The position numbers and the translations under genes were made by a program. DNA of 64,000 nucleotides from Chthoniobacterales bacterium (GTDB lineage: Bacteria > Verrucomicrobiota > Verrucomicrobiia > Chthoniobacterales > Chthoniobacteraceae): NCBI GenBank assembly GCA_038207335.1, contig JBBQZX010000010.1, forward strand, positions 96,379 to 160,378. The letters are read 5' to 3'. The notes beneath the pieces were generated by a model, which was given only the letters and a program-made list of their open reading frames with translations, was not told where the DNA came from and did no database searches. Positions 46,831-58,869 of this stretch are shown here, piece by piece (within the stretch, counting starts at the first letter, position 1; every line of letters begins with the position of its first letter).

Positions 46831-47453
46831 AACTCCCCCACCCCGCTCGCCGCCGCGCGTTCACTTTGATCGAAGTGATGATCGCCGTGCTCATCATCGC
46901 CCTCCTCGGCATCGCCCTGAATCGCTTCGTCGCCGCGAATCTCATCGCGCTCAAAGCCTCCCGCGACGCAAGCGATGAACGCCGCGCCATGGTCGGCCTC
47001 GAGAATATTTTGAAGACTGCGATGCTCGAACTGCCGCTCACCGGCCAAAACCGCATCGCAGGTGTGCCGCACAAATTCGGCACGTTTTCCAGCGACACGC
47101 TGGAGTGGGGCTGCGACCCCGGCGTGAGCCTCCTGACGACTGCCGCGAGCGGCGAATATCGCGTCGTTTTCCAAGTGAAACCCGTCGAGAAAAGCTCGTC
47201 TGTGCTGGAACTCGGGCTGCTCCGCCGGCCCGCCGACGGCACGCAGAAAGACGAGACGTGGATGCCGCTGATGAGCAACGTCGCGGGTCTGGAAATCCGG
47301 TACTTTCACCCGCAGCTCAACGCGAAAGTCGATCGCTGGAACGACCCCGCGCTCGTCCCGTCGCTCATCTTCGTGAGCATCTATCGCACGGCGGATGAGC
47401 CACCATTCGAGACCGTGCTCACCGTGCCCGCGGCGAAACTCCAGGCGCAATGA
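46827..47453 (+). CDS. Minor pseudopilin (GspJ-like)
   Basis: RRA|FTLIEVMIAVLIIALLG; LEIRYF...W....PSLIFV C-terminal pattern. Confidence 0.78.
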   Translation: MKLPHPARRRAFTLIEVMIAVLIIALLGIALNRFVAANLIALKASRDASDERRAMVGLENILKTAMLELPLTGQNRIAGVPHKFGTFSSDTLEWGCDPGVSLLTTAASGEYRVVFQVKPVEKSSSVLELGLLRRPADGTQKDETWMPLMSNVAGLEIRYFHPQLNAKVDRWNDPALVPSLIFVSIYRTADEPPFETVLTVPAAKLQAQ

Positions 47454-48367
47454 CCTCGCGATTTTCACTTCAAAAATCGCGCAGGGGAGGCTCCGCGCTC
47501 ATCCTCGTTTTGTTCGCGCTTTTCCTCCTCTCAGCCGCGGTGATCTCGTGGGCGAAGTGGATTCAGCAGGACATCGCGCTCGCCAGCGAGGCGAACCGCA
47601 ACGCCGAGGCTCGCGCGATGGCGCACTCCGGCGTGGCGATCGCGCTGAACCCGGCGATCACGATCGAATCGCCGCAGATGGAGCGGGAGTTCGGCACGCA
47701 GCTCGGGTATAAAGTCACGATGATCGGGGAAGGAGGGCGGCTGAATGTGAACTGGGTACTCCAGGGAAACGGCGCGCACGCCGAGCGGATCGAGCTTTTC
47801 AAGACGTGGCTCGAACACATGGGACTGGATTTCCAGGAGCGCGAGGCGTTCGTCGATTGCCTCCTCGACTACACCGACGGCGACGACGTGAAGCGGCTTA
47901 ACGGCGCGGAAGACGAGCCCGGCTACATCCCGCCGAATCGCCCACTGAAATCGATCGAGGAAATCGAGCAGGTGCGAAATGCCGACGCCCTCACGAGCAA
48001 GCCCGGCTGGAAGGAAAGCCTCACGCTTTACAGCACCGGCCCGATCGACCTCTCCGCCGCACCCGCGGAAATCCTGCGCTCGCTGCCAGGCATCGGCGAC
48101 GCGCGCATCCAGCAGTTCCTCATCACGCGCGCTGGCGCGGACGGGATCGACGGCACGGCTGACGATCCGAAACTTACTTCGGAGCAGATGCAATCGATGC
48201 TCGGCGTCGATTCCCGCCGTCCGAATAAGCTCAGTGGACTCATCACGCCAAAGGACCCGATGATGCGAATCACCTCCGTCGGCCACTCGGGAAATGTGGT
48301 TCGACAACTCGACGTGGTTGCCCCAAAAGGTGCGCCCAATCCCGCGATCAAGCTCTGGCAAGAATGA
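47450..48367 (+). CDS. gspK: Type II secretion protein K
   Basis: RRGGSALILVL, EGGRLNVN, LLDYTDGDD...GAE, NRPLKSIEEI, HhH LRSLPGIG. Confidence 0.8.
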   Translation: MTSRFSLQKSRRGGSALILVLFALFLLSAAVISWAKWIQQDIALASEANRNAEARAMAHSGVAIALNPAITIESPQMEREFGTQLGYKVTMIGEGGRLNVNWVLQGNGAHAERIELFKTWLEHMGLDFQEREAFVDCLLDYTDGDDVKRLNGAEDEPGYIPPNRPLKSIEEIEQVRNADALTSKPGWKESLTLYSTGPIDLSAAPAEILRSLPGIGDARIQQFLITRAGADGIDGTADDPKLTSEQMQSMLGVDSRRPNKLSGLITPKDPMMRITSVGHSGNVVRQLDVVAPKGAPNPAIKLWQE

Positions 48368-49584
48368 AGAAATCCGGCGCGGCACTCGCGCTCCTCACCC
48401 CCGATGCAGCCGGCTGGCGCGTACTCGCGGATGGGCAGCCCGCACAGCTCGCGAAGACGCTCGAGGAGGCGATCACCGCAATCCCGCCGGAGCAGCACAT
48501 CCACCTCGCGCTGCCGGGAAGATTCGTCGTCCTCGAGCGCCTCACCTTGCCCGCGACAGACCGCGAGGAGCTCGCCGGCATGGTCCAGCTACAGCTTGAG
48601 AAAACGCTGCCCTATCCGCCGGAGGACGCGTCGAGCGATTTCGAAATCATCCGGCAGGGCGAGACGGAATCGACCATCCTTTCCGTCGCCGCAAATGCCG
48701 GCCAACTCTCCGAACTCTGCGCGCCACTGCGCGCAATCGAGCGGCTTCCGGAGAAAATTACGCTCTTCGCGATGCACGTCGCGGCATCGTGTCCGTCGGA
48801 TGAAATCGTCCTCTGCATCTGGCCGGAGGACGGGCAGTTGCAGATCGCGATTTGTGAAAATGGCAAACTCGGTTTTGCGCAGACTTTTCCCGATGCCGAC
48901 GAAGCCGCTCTGATCGCCGAACTTCCGCAGCTCCTGCTCGGCGCGGAGATGGAAGGCGTGCCCACCGACTTCATCCGCATCCGCCTGGAGCAAGGCTGCG
49001 CGTCACTCCGCGAGCCGCTCGAGGCCGCGCTGGGCAGGCCCGTCGAAATCATTTCATTCGACACCGCGATGCCCGAGCCCGCGGGGAATCTCGCGCCCCC
49101 CGCGTGGAAAGCCGAGCTGCGCCGACTGGCCAGCGCGGGTCGCCTGCGCCAGTGGCTGCAGATCGCCGTGGTCTTCTACCTCGTGCTCGTGGCGGCGGCA
49201 TTCATCTACCTCGTCTGGCTGAATAAACGCGCCCAAAAAATCGACGCACAGCTCGCCGAGGCGCAGCCGCAAATAGAAGCCGTGCAGGCGAAACAAGCAC
49301 GCTGGAACGCGCTCGCCCCGGCGATCCAGTCCACGCGCTACACGGTCGAGACGCTCTATCTCGTCTTCAGCAGCCTGCCCTCGCCCGAGGTGAAAATCAC
49401 GACCTTTGAGCACACTCCCGCGCAGTTCCGAGTCGAGGGTGAGGCGCCTTCAGCAAATCTCGCGATCGACTTCGTCGAAAAGCTGCGCGCGCAGAAAGAC
49501 CTCGGGGATTTCAAGATCGAAAGTCCGCCCCCGACGATCCTCCCGAGCGGCGCCGCGCACTTCAATATTTTCGGAAGACTATGA
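48364..49584 (+). CDS. GspL / PilM-PilN-like inner-membrane platform protein
   Basis: Cytoplasmic domain (LQLEKTLPYP), TM, coiled coil and periplasmic domain; operon position. Confidence 0.7.
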   Translation: MKKSGAALALLTPDAAGWRVLADGQPAQLAKTLEEAITAIPPEQHIHLALPGRFVVLERLTLPATDREELAGMVQLQLEKTLPYPPEDASSDFEIIRQGETESTILSVAANAGQLSELCAPLRAIERLPEKITLFAMHVAASCPSDEIVLCIWPEDGQLQIAICENGKLGFAQTFPDADEAALIAELPQLLLGAEMEGVPTDFIRIRLEQGCASLREPLEAALGRPVEIISFDTAMPEPAGNLAPPAWKAELRRLASAGRLRQWLQIAVVFYLVLVAAAFIYLVWLNKRAQKIDAQLAEAQPQIEAVQAKQARWNALAPAIQSTRYTVETLYLVFSSLPSPEVKITTFEHTPAQFRVEGEAPSANLAIDFVEKLRAQKDLGDFKIESPPPTILPSGAAHFNIFGRL

Positions 49585-50105
49585 CGGCGCGCGAAAAGAA
49601 ACTGTCGTTCCTGGTCGGAGGCGTCGTCGCGCTGATCGCGAATTATTTGGTCATCGAATTTTTCCTCAAAAACCAAACGCGGCTGCGCGAGCAGTTCACA
49701 CAGAAGACCGACACTCTGCGCGCGACCGGGGTACTGCTCGAAGAAAAGGATTTGTGGGAAAAACGGGACGCGTGGGTGAAGGCGAAGCAACCGCCACTCA
49801 CGAATGAAGCGGGCGCGGGCGTCGCGCTGCTCGACGAGGTAAAAGAGATCGCGAAAAAGCACACCGTCCTACTCGAGTCGCCCGCGATCGGCATCCCTGA
49901 GCACAAGCCGCTCTACACCTCCGTCTCCGTGAATGTGGAAACGAAATGCTCGAAGGAATCGCTCACCGCGTTCATGCGCGACGTGCAGGGACCGGAGCAA
50001 TTCATTGTCTTCGAAAACGCGAACGTGCAGGTGGATTCCGGCGACAAAAAAGAGATGCACGGAAAATTCCGCATCGCAAAATGGTTCGCGCCTGCCGGGC
50101 GCTAA
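49581..50105 (+). CDS. GspM / PilO-like protein
   Basis: MTAREKKL N-terminus, TM, coiled coil; operon position. Confidence 0.7.
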   Translation: MTAREKKLSFLVGGVVALIANYLVIEFFLKNQTRLREQFTQKTDTLRATGVLLEEKDLWEKRDAWVKAKQPPLTNEAGAGVALLDEVKEIAKKHTVLLESPAIGIPEHKPLYTSVSVNVETKCSKESLTAFMRDVQGPEQFIVFENANVQVDSGDKKEMHGKFRIAKWFAPAGR

Positions 50106-50181
50106 CCTCCGTCGTGCGCCTCGCTTTCAATGGCCCACCGCGTTCGTTGACAGCCATCCCACCGCGCCGTCTATTTTCCGC

Positions 50182-52379
<2,198 letters not shown>

Positions 52380-52395
52380 GAAAATCACAACTGTC

Positions 52396-53106
52396 GTGAC
52401 AGCGACCGCTCAGCCGCCGCCCCGCCACATCGCGATCATCATGGACGGCAACGGGCGCTGGGCACGCGAGCGTGGGCTGCCGCGAATCGCAGGCCATGAG
52501 CGCGGCGCAGAATCGGTGCGAGCGGTCACCGAAGCGTGTGCGGAAATGGGCGTGGAGTTCCTTACGGTCTATGCGTTTTCCACCGAGAACTGGACTCGGC
52601 CGCCGGAGGAAATCGCCGCGCTCATGGTGCTGCTGGAGCATTTCATCGCACAGGAACTGCCGACCCTAATGAAGAACAACGTGCGCCTCCAAGCGATCGG
52701 CCGACTGCACGATTTGCCCGAGAGCTGCCAGCGCGCGCTCGCCGACGCCATCGCCACGACCGCGCATAACACCGCGACCACGCTTGTCCTCGCGCTCAGC
52801 TACAGCGGCCGCGCGGAGATCATCGACGCCGTCCGCACTATCGTATGCGAAGCGGCCACAGGACTTGATCCGCAGTCCATCGACGCCGCACTTTTCCAGC
52901 GGCATCTCTACACCCGCGACATCCCCGATCCCGACCTACTCATCCGCACCTCGGGCGAGATGCGGCTCTCAAATTTCCTTCTCTGGCAACTCAGCTATAC
53001 GGAAATATACGTGACGGAAAAGCTCTGGCCGGACTTCGGAAAAGCCGAACTGCGCGAGGCCATCGCCGCCTTCCACCAGCGCGACCGCCGCTTCGGCGGA
53101 GTGTAA
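52396..53106 (+). CDS. uppS: Undecaprenyl diphosphate synthase (isoprenyl transferase)
   Basis: HIAIIMDGNGRWA, YAFSTENW, PDLLIRTSGEMRLSNFLLWQ, RRFGG. Confidence 0.97.
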   Translation: MTATAQPPPRHIAIIMDGNGRWARERGLPRIAGHERGAESVRAVTEACAEMGVEFLTVYAFSTENWTRPPEEIAALMVLLEHFIAQELPTLMKNNVRLQAIGRLHDLPESCQRALADAIATTAHNTATTLVLALSYSGRAEIIDAVRTIVCEAATGLDPQSIDAALFQRHLYTRDIPDPDLLIRTSGEMRLSNFLLWQLSYTEIYVTEKLWPDFGKAELREAIAAFHQRDRRFGGV

Positions 53107-53183
53107 ACCGCCCGCGGTTCCCGCCTTTTGCCTCGATTCCCGTTCGACACGCCGGGTCTTAGCCGTTCAAATCCGCAGTTTTG

Positions 53184-54629
53184 ATGGAAAAGCCACAGAC
53201 CATTCTCTTTGTCGATCCCGAGGCTGATTTCCTCGCATGGGCGCAGCACCAGCTCACCACAGCCACCACACGCGTCATCACCGCCACGAATTCCGACGAC
53301 GCCTACAAGCTATACTGCCGCGAGTCGCCCGACCTCCTCATCACCGAGACACACCTCGCACCATTCAGCGGCCTCGAGCTCCTCGTCAAAGTCCGCGCCC
53401 GCGACGCCAGCGCCGTCGTCGTGCTCACCAGCCAGTTCGGCACCACGCAGTCCGTCATCGAGTCGATGAAGCTCGGCGCTTACGACTTTATCCGAAAAGA
53501 GGCGCTTCCTTTTAATCTCAAAATCGTCGTCGATGCCGCGCTCCGGGCGCAGGCCGAGATGCGAGCCGCCACGACATTTGCGCCGCAGCTCACAGTCGAG
53601 GAGCATCAGGATTCCATCGTCGGAAAATCGCCCGCGATGCAGCAGGTTTTCAAAATGGTCGGGCGGGTTTCTCATTCCGACGCTCCTGTCATGATCACCG
53701 GCGAAAGTGGCTCTGGCAAAGAACTCGTCGCGCGCGCGATCCACCACTACAGCCAGCGCAGCACGAAGAGCTTCGTCGCCATCAACTGCGCTGCCATCCC
53801 CGACCAGCTCCTCGAAAGCGAGCTTTTCGGCCATGAAAAAGGGTCCTTCACCGGCGCCGCGGGCCAGCGCATCGGCCGCTTCGAGCAGTGCAATGGCGGC
53901 ACACTTTTCCTCGACGAAATCGGCGACATGCCTCTCCAGCTCCAGAGCAAGATCCTGCGCGTCGTGCAGGACGGCATCTTCTCCCGAGTCGGCGGAAACG
54001 ACTCTCTCCGCAGCGACGTGCGCATCATCACCGCGACGAATAAAAACCTCGAAAACGAGGTCACCGAGCGCCGTTTTCGCGAAGACCTCTTCTACCGCCT
54101 AAATGTCGTCCGCATTCAGCTCCCACCACTGCGCCAGCGGACCGAGGACATCCGCCTTCTTGCCGAATATTTCCTCCGAAAAGTCGCGACACAAAAACAT
54201 CTGCCGCAACTCAAACTCAGCGAGGAAGCGGTCCGCGTCCTCGAAAGCCACGCATGGCCCGGCAACGTGCGCGAACTCGAAAACACGATCCAGCGCGCCT
54301 GCGTCCTCGCCACCTCCGAGCTGCTTTTGCCAAAGGACATTCCGCTCGGAAACGCGCAGCCCGCAGAAGCCGCAGCCGCCGCGACCAGCAACGCCGTAGC
54401 TGCCGGAGTCGTCTCAAACGAAGCAGCGATCGAAATCTTGCTGAAATCCGCGCAAAGCACACCGGGCGTCGAACTGCTGCCATGGCTCGAGCGCGAATTC
54501 ACGCTGTACTCGATGAAGACGACCAAAGGAAATCAGGTGCGCGCCGCCAAGCTCCTCGGCATCACACGCGCCACCCTGCGCAAGCGGATCGAGCGCTTCG
54601 GCATCACCAGAGAGCTGACGATTTCCTGA
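53184..54629 (+). CDS. Sigma-54-dependent activator (receiver-AAA+-Fis HTH) with atypical receiver
   Basis: GESGSGKE, ESELFGHEKGSFTGA, FLDEIGDM, FREDLFYRLNV, WPGNVRELEN, GNQVRAAKLLGITRATL. Confidence 0.95.
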   Translation: MEKPQTILFVDPEADFLAWAQHQLTTATTRVITATNSDDAYKLYCRESPDLLITETHLAPFSGLELLVKVRARDASAVVVLTSQFGTTQSVIESMKLGAYDFIRKEALPFNLKIVVDAALRAQAEMRAATTFAPQLTVEEHQDSIVGKSPAMQQVFKMVGRVSHSDAPVMITGESGSGKELVARAIHHYSQRSTKSFVAINCAAIPDQLLESELFGHEKGSFTGAAGQRIGRFEQCNGGTLFLDEIGDMPLQLQSKILRVVQDGIFSRVGGNDSLRSDVRIITATNKNLENEVTERRFREDLFYRLNVVRIQLPPLRQRTEDIRLLAEYFLRKVATQKHLPQLKLSEEAVRVLESHAWPGNVRELENTIQRACVLATSELLLPKDIPLGNAQPAEAAAAATSNAVAAGVVSNEAAIEILLKSAQSTPGVELLPWLEREFTLYSMKTTKGNQVRAAKLLGITRATLRKRIERFGITRELTIS

Positions 54630-54644
54630 GGCGTGCCTGCTCGC

Positions 54645-55427
54645 ATGCTCCCCACGGATTCGCCCATTTGGTCGTGGTGCGGAAATCGTTTCGAGCGGCA
54701 CGATTCCGTCCCGCTCACCGACCGCGGTTTCCGGTACGGTATGTCAGTTTTTGAAAGTCTGCGCGTCGAAAACAGCAAAGCACAACATATCGACGCGCAC
54801 CTTTCACGTCTCCACACCGCCTGCAAAGCCCGCGAATTCTGCTGTGACCCGCACGCCCTCGATCAAGTGGGCGACACACTCGCCTCTGCAAATATGGACG
54901 GTTTCGCGCGCATCTACGTCACTGCAGGCGACGGCTCTCCGACCGCTCCAGCACAGGAGCCCCGCGTCTTCCTCTTCCTGGAGAGCCGCGAACGACCCGT
55001 CCGCGTCGCATACCACATCGCCATCGCCGACGAGCCTCACCAGCCGCTTTTTGGTGGCCTGAAAACCGCAAACTACTGGCACAATATCGACCTCTTCCAG
55101 CAGGCCACCCGCGCAGGAAATGACGAAGCCCTGCTCTTCAACGAACGCGCCGAACTCGTCTCCGCGTGCGTCGCAAATGTCTTCCTCGTCCACGGCTCCG
55201 CCGTCCGCACCCCGTCCCTGGCGTGCGGTGCGCGCGATGGCGTCATCCGCGAGCGCATCATCCGCAGCCACCCCGTCCGCGAGTGCTCGCTCTTCCTTGA
55301 AGACGTCCGCAGTGCCGACGAGATCCTCCTCACGAATAGCTGGATCGGCGTCATGCCCGCCGCCTCCATCGAAGGCCGCAAACTCCCCTCCCGCACCGTC
55401 GCCGCGTCTGTTTGCGACATAGTTTAA
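54645..55427 (+). CDS. Aminotransferase class IV (PabC / D-amino acid aminotransferase-like)
   Basis: DRGFRYGMSVFESL, HLSRL, GLKTANY (PLP Lys), ADEILLTNSWIG. Confidence 0.88.
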   Translation: MLPTDSPIWSWCGNRFERHDSVPLTDRGFRYGMSVFESLRVENSKAQHIDAHLSRLHTACKAREFCCDPHALDQVGDTLASANMDGFARIYVTAGDGSPTAPAQEPRVFLFLESRERPVRVAYHIAIADEPHQPLFGGLKTANYWHNIDLFQQATRAGNDEALLFNERAELVSACVANVFLVHGSAVRTPSLACGARDGVIRERIIRSHPVRECSLFLEDVRSADEILLTNSWIGVMPAASIEGRKLPSRTVAASVCDIV

Positions 55428-55452
55428 GGCCGCTAGATTGCGGGCCTTTTCT

Positions 55453-58400
55453 GTGAGCACCGCAACACCCGACATCCTCGACCGACTCTCGAAGTCGCCT
55501 GCGCTCGCAGGGAAGTTGGCGGTTTTGCGAGCGGGCGAGGAGGCGGATTTCGAGCACGTCACGGAGGCCGCTCAGGCGGTGCTCTCGGCGCTCATCGCGC
55601 GGGAGATAAAAGCGCGCGTCTGGATCGTCTGCGCGAATCTTCGAGCGCAGGAAACTCTTCACAACGAACTCGCAAATTGGTTCCCCGACGCAATCTTTTT
55701 TCCCGAGGCCGATGTTGCCGCGATCGAGGGCGCAATCGCCGATCCTGAGATCGCCGCCGAGCGGCTGGGCATCGCGGAAAAGCTCGCGGGCAAAGCGCGG
55801 CAGATCATCGCGGTCACTCGCGCGACGCTGAACGATGCGCTTCCCTCGCCCGCCGCGCTGAAAAAACTCGAGCTGAAAATCACACGCGGCGCAAAGCTCG
55901 ATCGAGACAAGTTTCTCGGGCAGCTCGCACGCGCCGGTTACGAGCAGATGCCGCAGGTTTCCGCTCGCGGGCAGTTCGCGCTGCGCGGCGGAATCATCGA
56001 CGTTTTCTCATTCCATCACGCGCTGCCGGTGCGATTGGAAATGTTCGACGACGAGATCGAATCGCTCCGTCAGTTCGACCTCGACGACCAGACGACGGTC
56101 GAGCACATCGCGAGCTGCACCCTGCTGCTCGGCGAAGCCGAATCGGGTGCGGGCCAGCTCCGCGACTACATCCGCGAGGACGACGTCGTTATCGAGATCG
56201 TCCCGACCGAGCCGGTGCCGGAGTTGAATCTCCCCGCCGCTTGCCCGACCCGGGCTCGCCTTATGTCCGGCTCCGCGGGCGGCGATGTGGCGGAAGTTTT
56301 TTGCGGCGCGTTTCACGATCACGGGCTCGGCGAATTCGACGCGGGCGACTTCGTCATCGACGAACTCAAGCGTGAGCGATTCTTCGCGCAGCTCCGCGAG
56401 TGGCGCGAACTCGGCTGGAGCGTCCACGTTTTCTGCAACAACGAAGGCGAGATCGAGCGGCTCCACGACCTCGTCCCGCCAGTTGAGGCGGACGTACTGC
56501 GTTTCACGATCGGTTCGCTCGCACGCGGGTTCACATTTCCATCGGCGAGAATCGCGGTGCTTTCGGACGCCGAGTTATTCGGACGCTACCGTCACAACCG
56601 AGCCCGCAGGCTTGCGCTGAAGAGGGCTCGCGAGCAATCGAGCCGTGCTCAGATCGACTTCAGCGACCTCGCGGAGGACGACCTCGTCGTCCATCTCGAG
56701 CACGGCATCGGTCGGTACGAGGGGATGAAATCGATCCCGCGCGGAGGCGAGCCGGAGGAAGTCATCGTCATCGAGTTTGCGAACGAAGCGCGGCTCTACG
56801 TCCCGCTCGAGCAGAGCTTTCTCGTTTCCAAATACGTCGGCGTCGGCAAACGCAACCCGCCGCTCAGCGTCCTAGGCGACGGCAAATGGAACAAGGCGCG
56901 CAAGAACGCGGAAAAGTCCGTGTACGACTATGCTTCGCGTCTGCTCGAAGTTCACGCCTCCCGCGAGACCGCACAGGGACACGCGTTCCCCGCGGACAAT
57001 CGCTGGCAGAGCGAATTCGAGTCTTCTTTTCTCTACAAGGAAACTACCGACCAGATCACCGCCATCGCGGCGACGAAAGCAGACATGGAATCCGTGCGCC
57101 CGATGGATCGCCTCATCTGCGGAGATGTCGGATTTGGAAAAACGGAGGTCGCGATTCGCGCAGCGTTCAAGGCCGTAATGGGCGGGAAGCAAGTGGCCAT
57201 CTTGGTTCCCACGACAGTCCTCGCGCAGCAGCATTACCAAAATTTCCGCGAGCGCATGTCGGATTACCCGATCACCGTCGACACGCTCTCGCGTTTCCGC
57301 ACGCACGCCGAGCAGCGCAAATCCGTCGCGGGACTCGCCGACGGATCGGTCGATATCGTCGTCGGCACGCACCGGCTCATCTCGAAAGACGTGCAGTTCA
57401 AAGACCTCGGCCTCGTCGTGATCGACGAGGAGCAGCGCTTCGGCGTGCTGCACAAAGAGAAGTTCAAGGAGCTCTTCAAGCTCGTGGACATGCTCACGCT
57501 CAGCGCCACGCCGATCCCGCGCACGCTCTACCTCTCGCTCATGGGTGCGAAAGACATGAGCACCATCGAGACCGCTCCGCCAAATCGCATCCCGGTCGAG
57601 ACGCTCATCTGTCCCTACGACGAGCGCATCATCCGCGACGCGATCAACCGCGAACTCTCACGCCAGGGGCAGGTCTATTTCCTCCACAACCGAGTCCAGT
57701 CGATCGAGTCGATGTGCGCGAAGATCAAGCTCCTATGCCCAAAGGCGCGCATCATCGTCGGCCACGGGCAGATGCCTGAAGGCGAACTCGAGGAGGTCAT
57801 GCAGCGCTTCGTCTCGGGCGAAGCGGACGTGCTCATTTCGACCACGATCATCGAGAGCGGCCTCGATATTCCGAACGCCAACACGATCATCATCGACCGC
57901 GCGGACCGCTTCGGCCTCGCCGATTTGTACCAGCTCCGCGGCCGCGTCGGCCGCGCGCAAAGCAAGGCATACGCTTATCTCATGCTCCCGCGCGACATGC
58001 TCACGCAGGGCGAGGCGCGCAAGCGAGTCAACGCGATCAAGCAATACAGCTCGCTCGGCGCTGGGTTCAAAATCGCGATGCGCGACCTGGAAATCCGCGG
58101 TGCGGGGAACATCCTCGGCACCGCGCAGAGCGGACACATCGTGAGCATCGGCTTCGAGCTCTACTGCTCACTACTGCGGCAAGCGATTTCGAAGCTCAAA
58201 GGCGAGAAGGTAAAACCGCGCGCCGATGTCGCTTTGCATCTCGATTTCGTCGCGACACGCGAGGCTGACTTCCTCGGTAGGTCGGATGGCGACTGCATTC
58301 CCGCATTTCTGCCTGGGAGCTACGTCAGCGAAGCGCAACCGCGCATCCAAGCCTATCGCCGTCTCTCCGAGGTTGCCTCCACCGAGCAACTCGACGCGCT

Positions 58401-58644
58401 CCGCAAGACATGGCGCGACCGCTTCGGCCCACTCCCCGAAGCCGCTGCAAACCTCACGATGATGTCCGAAATTAAGCTCGCCGCCGCTGGACGCAAAATG
58501 ACGGTGGTCGAGGTGCGCGATGAGAGAATCATGCTCACGCGCGGCGGCGACTTCATCCTGATCGGCGGTAAATTCCCCCGCCTCGCGTCTGCGGATGTGC
58601 AGAAAAAACTAGGCGAACTGCTGGCGCTGATTCGGAGTTTTTGA
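55453..58644 (+). CDS. mfd: Transcription-repair coupling factor
   Basis: [69 protein letters not shown]. Start codon uncertain. Confidence 0.97.
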   Translation: MSTATPDILDRLSKSPALAGKLAVLRAGEEADFEHVTEAAQAVLSALIAREIKARVWIVCANLRAQETLHNELANWFPDAIFFPEADVAAIEGAIADPEIAAERLGIAEKLAGKARQIIAVTRATLNDALPSPAALKKLELKITRGAKLDRDKFLGQLARAGYEQMPQVSARGQFALRGGIIDVFSFHHALPVRLEMFDDEIESLRQFDLDDQTTVEHIASCTLLLGEAESGAGQLRDYIREDDVVIEIVPTEPVPELNLPAACPTRARLMSGSAGGDVAEVFCGAFHDHGLGEFDAGDFVIDELKRERFFAQLREWRELGWSVHVFCNNEGEIERLHDLVPPVEADVLRFTIGSLARGFTFPSARIAVLSDAELFGRYRHNRARRLALKRAREQSSRAQIDFSDLAEDDLVVHLEHGIGRYEGMKSIPRGGEPEEVIVIEFANEARLYVPLEQSFLVSKYVGVGKRNPPLSVLGDGKWNKARKNAEKSVYDYASRLLEVHASRETAQGHAFPADNRWQSEFESSFLYKETTDQITAIAATKADMESVRPMDRLICGDVGFGKTEVAIRAAFKAVMGGKQVAILVPTTVLAQQHYQNFRERMSDYPITVDTLSRFRTHAEQRKSVAGLADGSVDIVVGTHRLISKDVQFKDLGLVVIDEEQRFGVLHKEKFKELFKLVDMLTLSATPIPRTLYLSLMGAKDMSTIETAPPNRIPVETLICPYDERIIRDAINRELSRQGQVYFLHNRVQSIESMCAKIKLLCPKARIIVGHGQMPEGELEEVMQRFVSGEADVLISTTIIESGLDIPNANTIIIDRADRFGLADLYQLRGRVGRAQSKAYAYLMLPRDMLTQGEARKRVNAIKQYSSLGAGFKIAMRDLEIRGAGNILGTAQSGHIVSIGFELYCSLLRQAISKLKGEKVKPRADVALHLDFVATREADFLGRSDGDCIPAFLPGSYVSEAQPRIQAYRRLSEVASTEQLDALRKTWRDRFGPLPEAAANLTMMSEIKLAAAGRKMTVVEVRDERIMLTRGGDFILIGGKFPRLASADVQKKLGELLALIRSF

Positions 58645-58761
58645 AGTGCGTCAGCGGCTCCACGAGCCGAGTGGATCGATTCGCATAACTCGCTGATCAA
58701 GTGAGCGCGCACACACCGAGAGCAATGCGCACCGGCTCGCGGGCATCCTGCATGTGGCCAA

Positions 58762-58791
58762 CGCGCTGCATCGCGCTGCATCGCGCTGCAT
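58762..58791. repeat. 10-bp tandem repeat x3
   Basis: CGCGCTGCAT three times, between convergent genes. Confidence 0.9.
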
Positions 58792-58869
58792 AGGAATTCC
58801 TCACTTTCGACGGCAATCAAAAGCGGCTAGCTGAGGCGGAGGGTTTCGCGGTGCGGTCTTGGCATGCAC

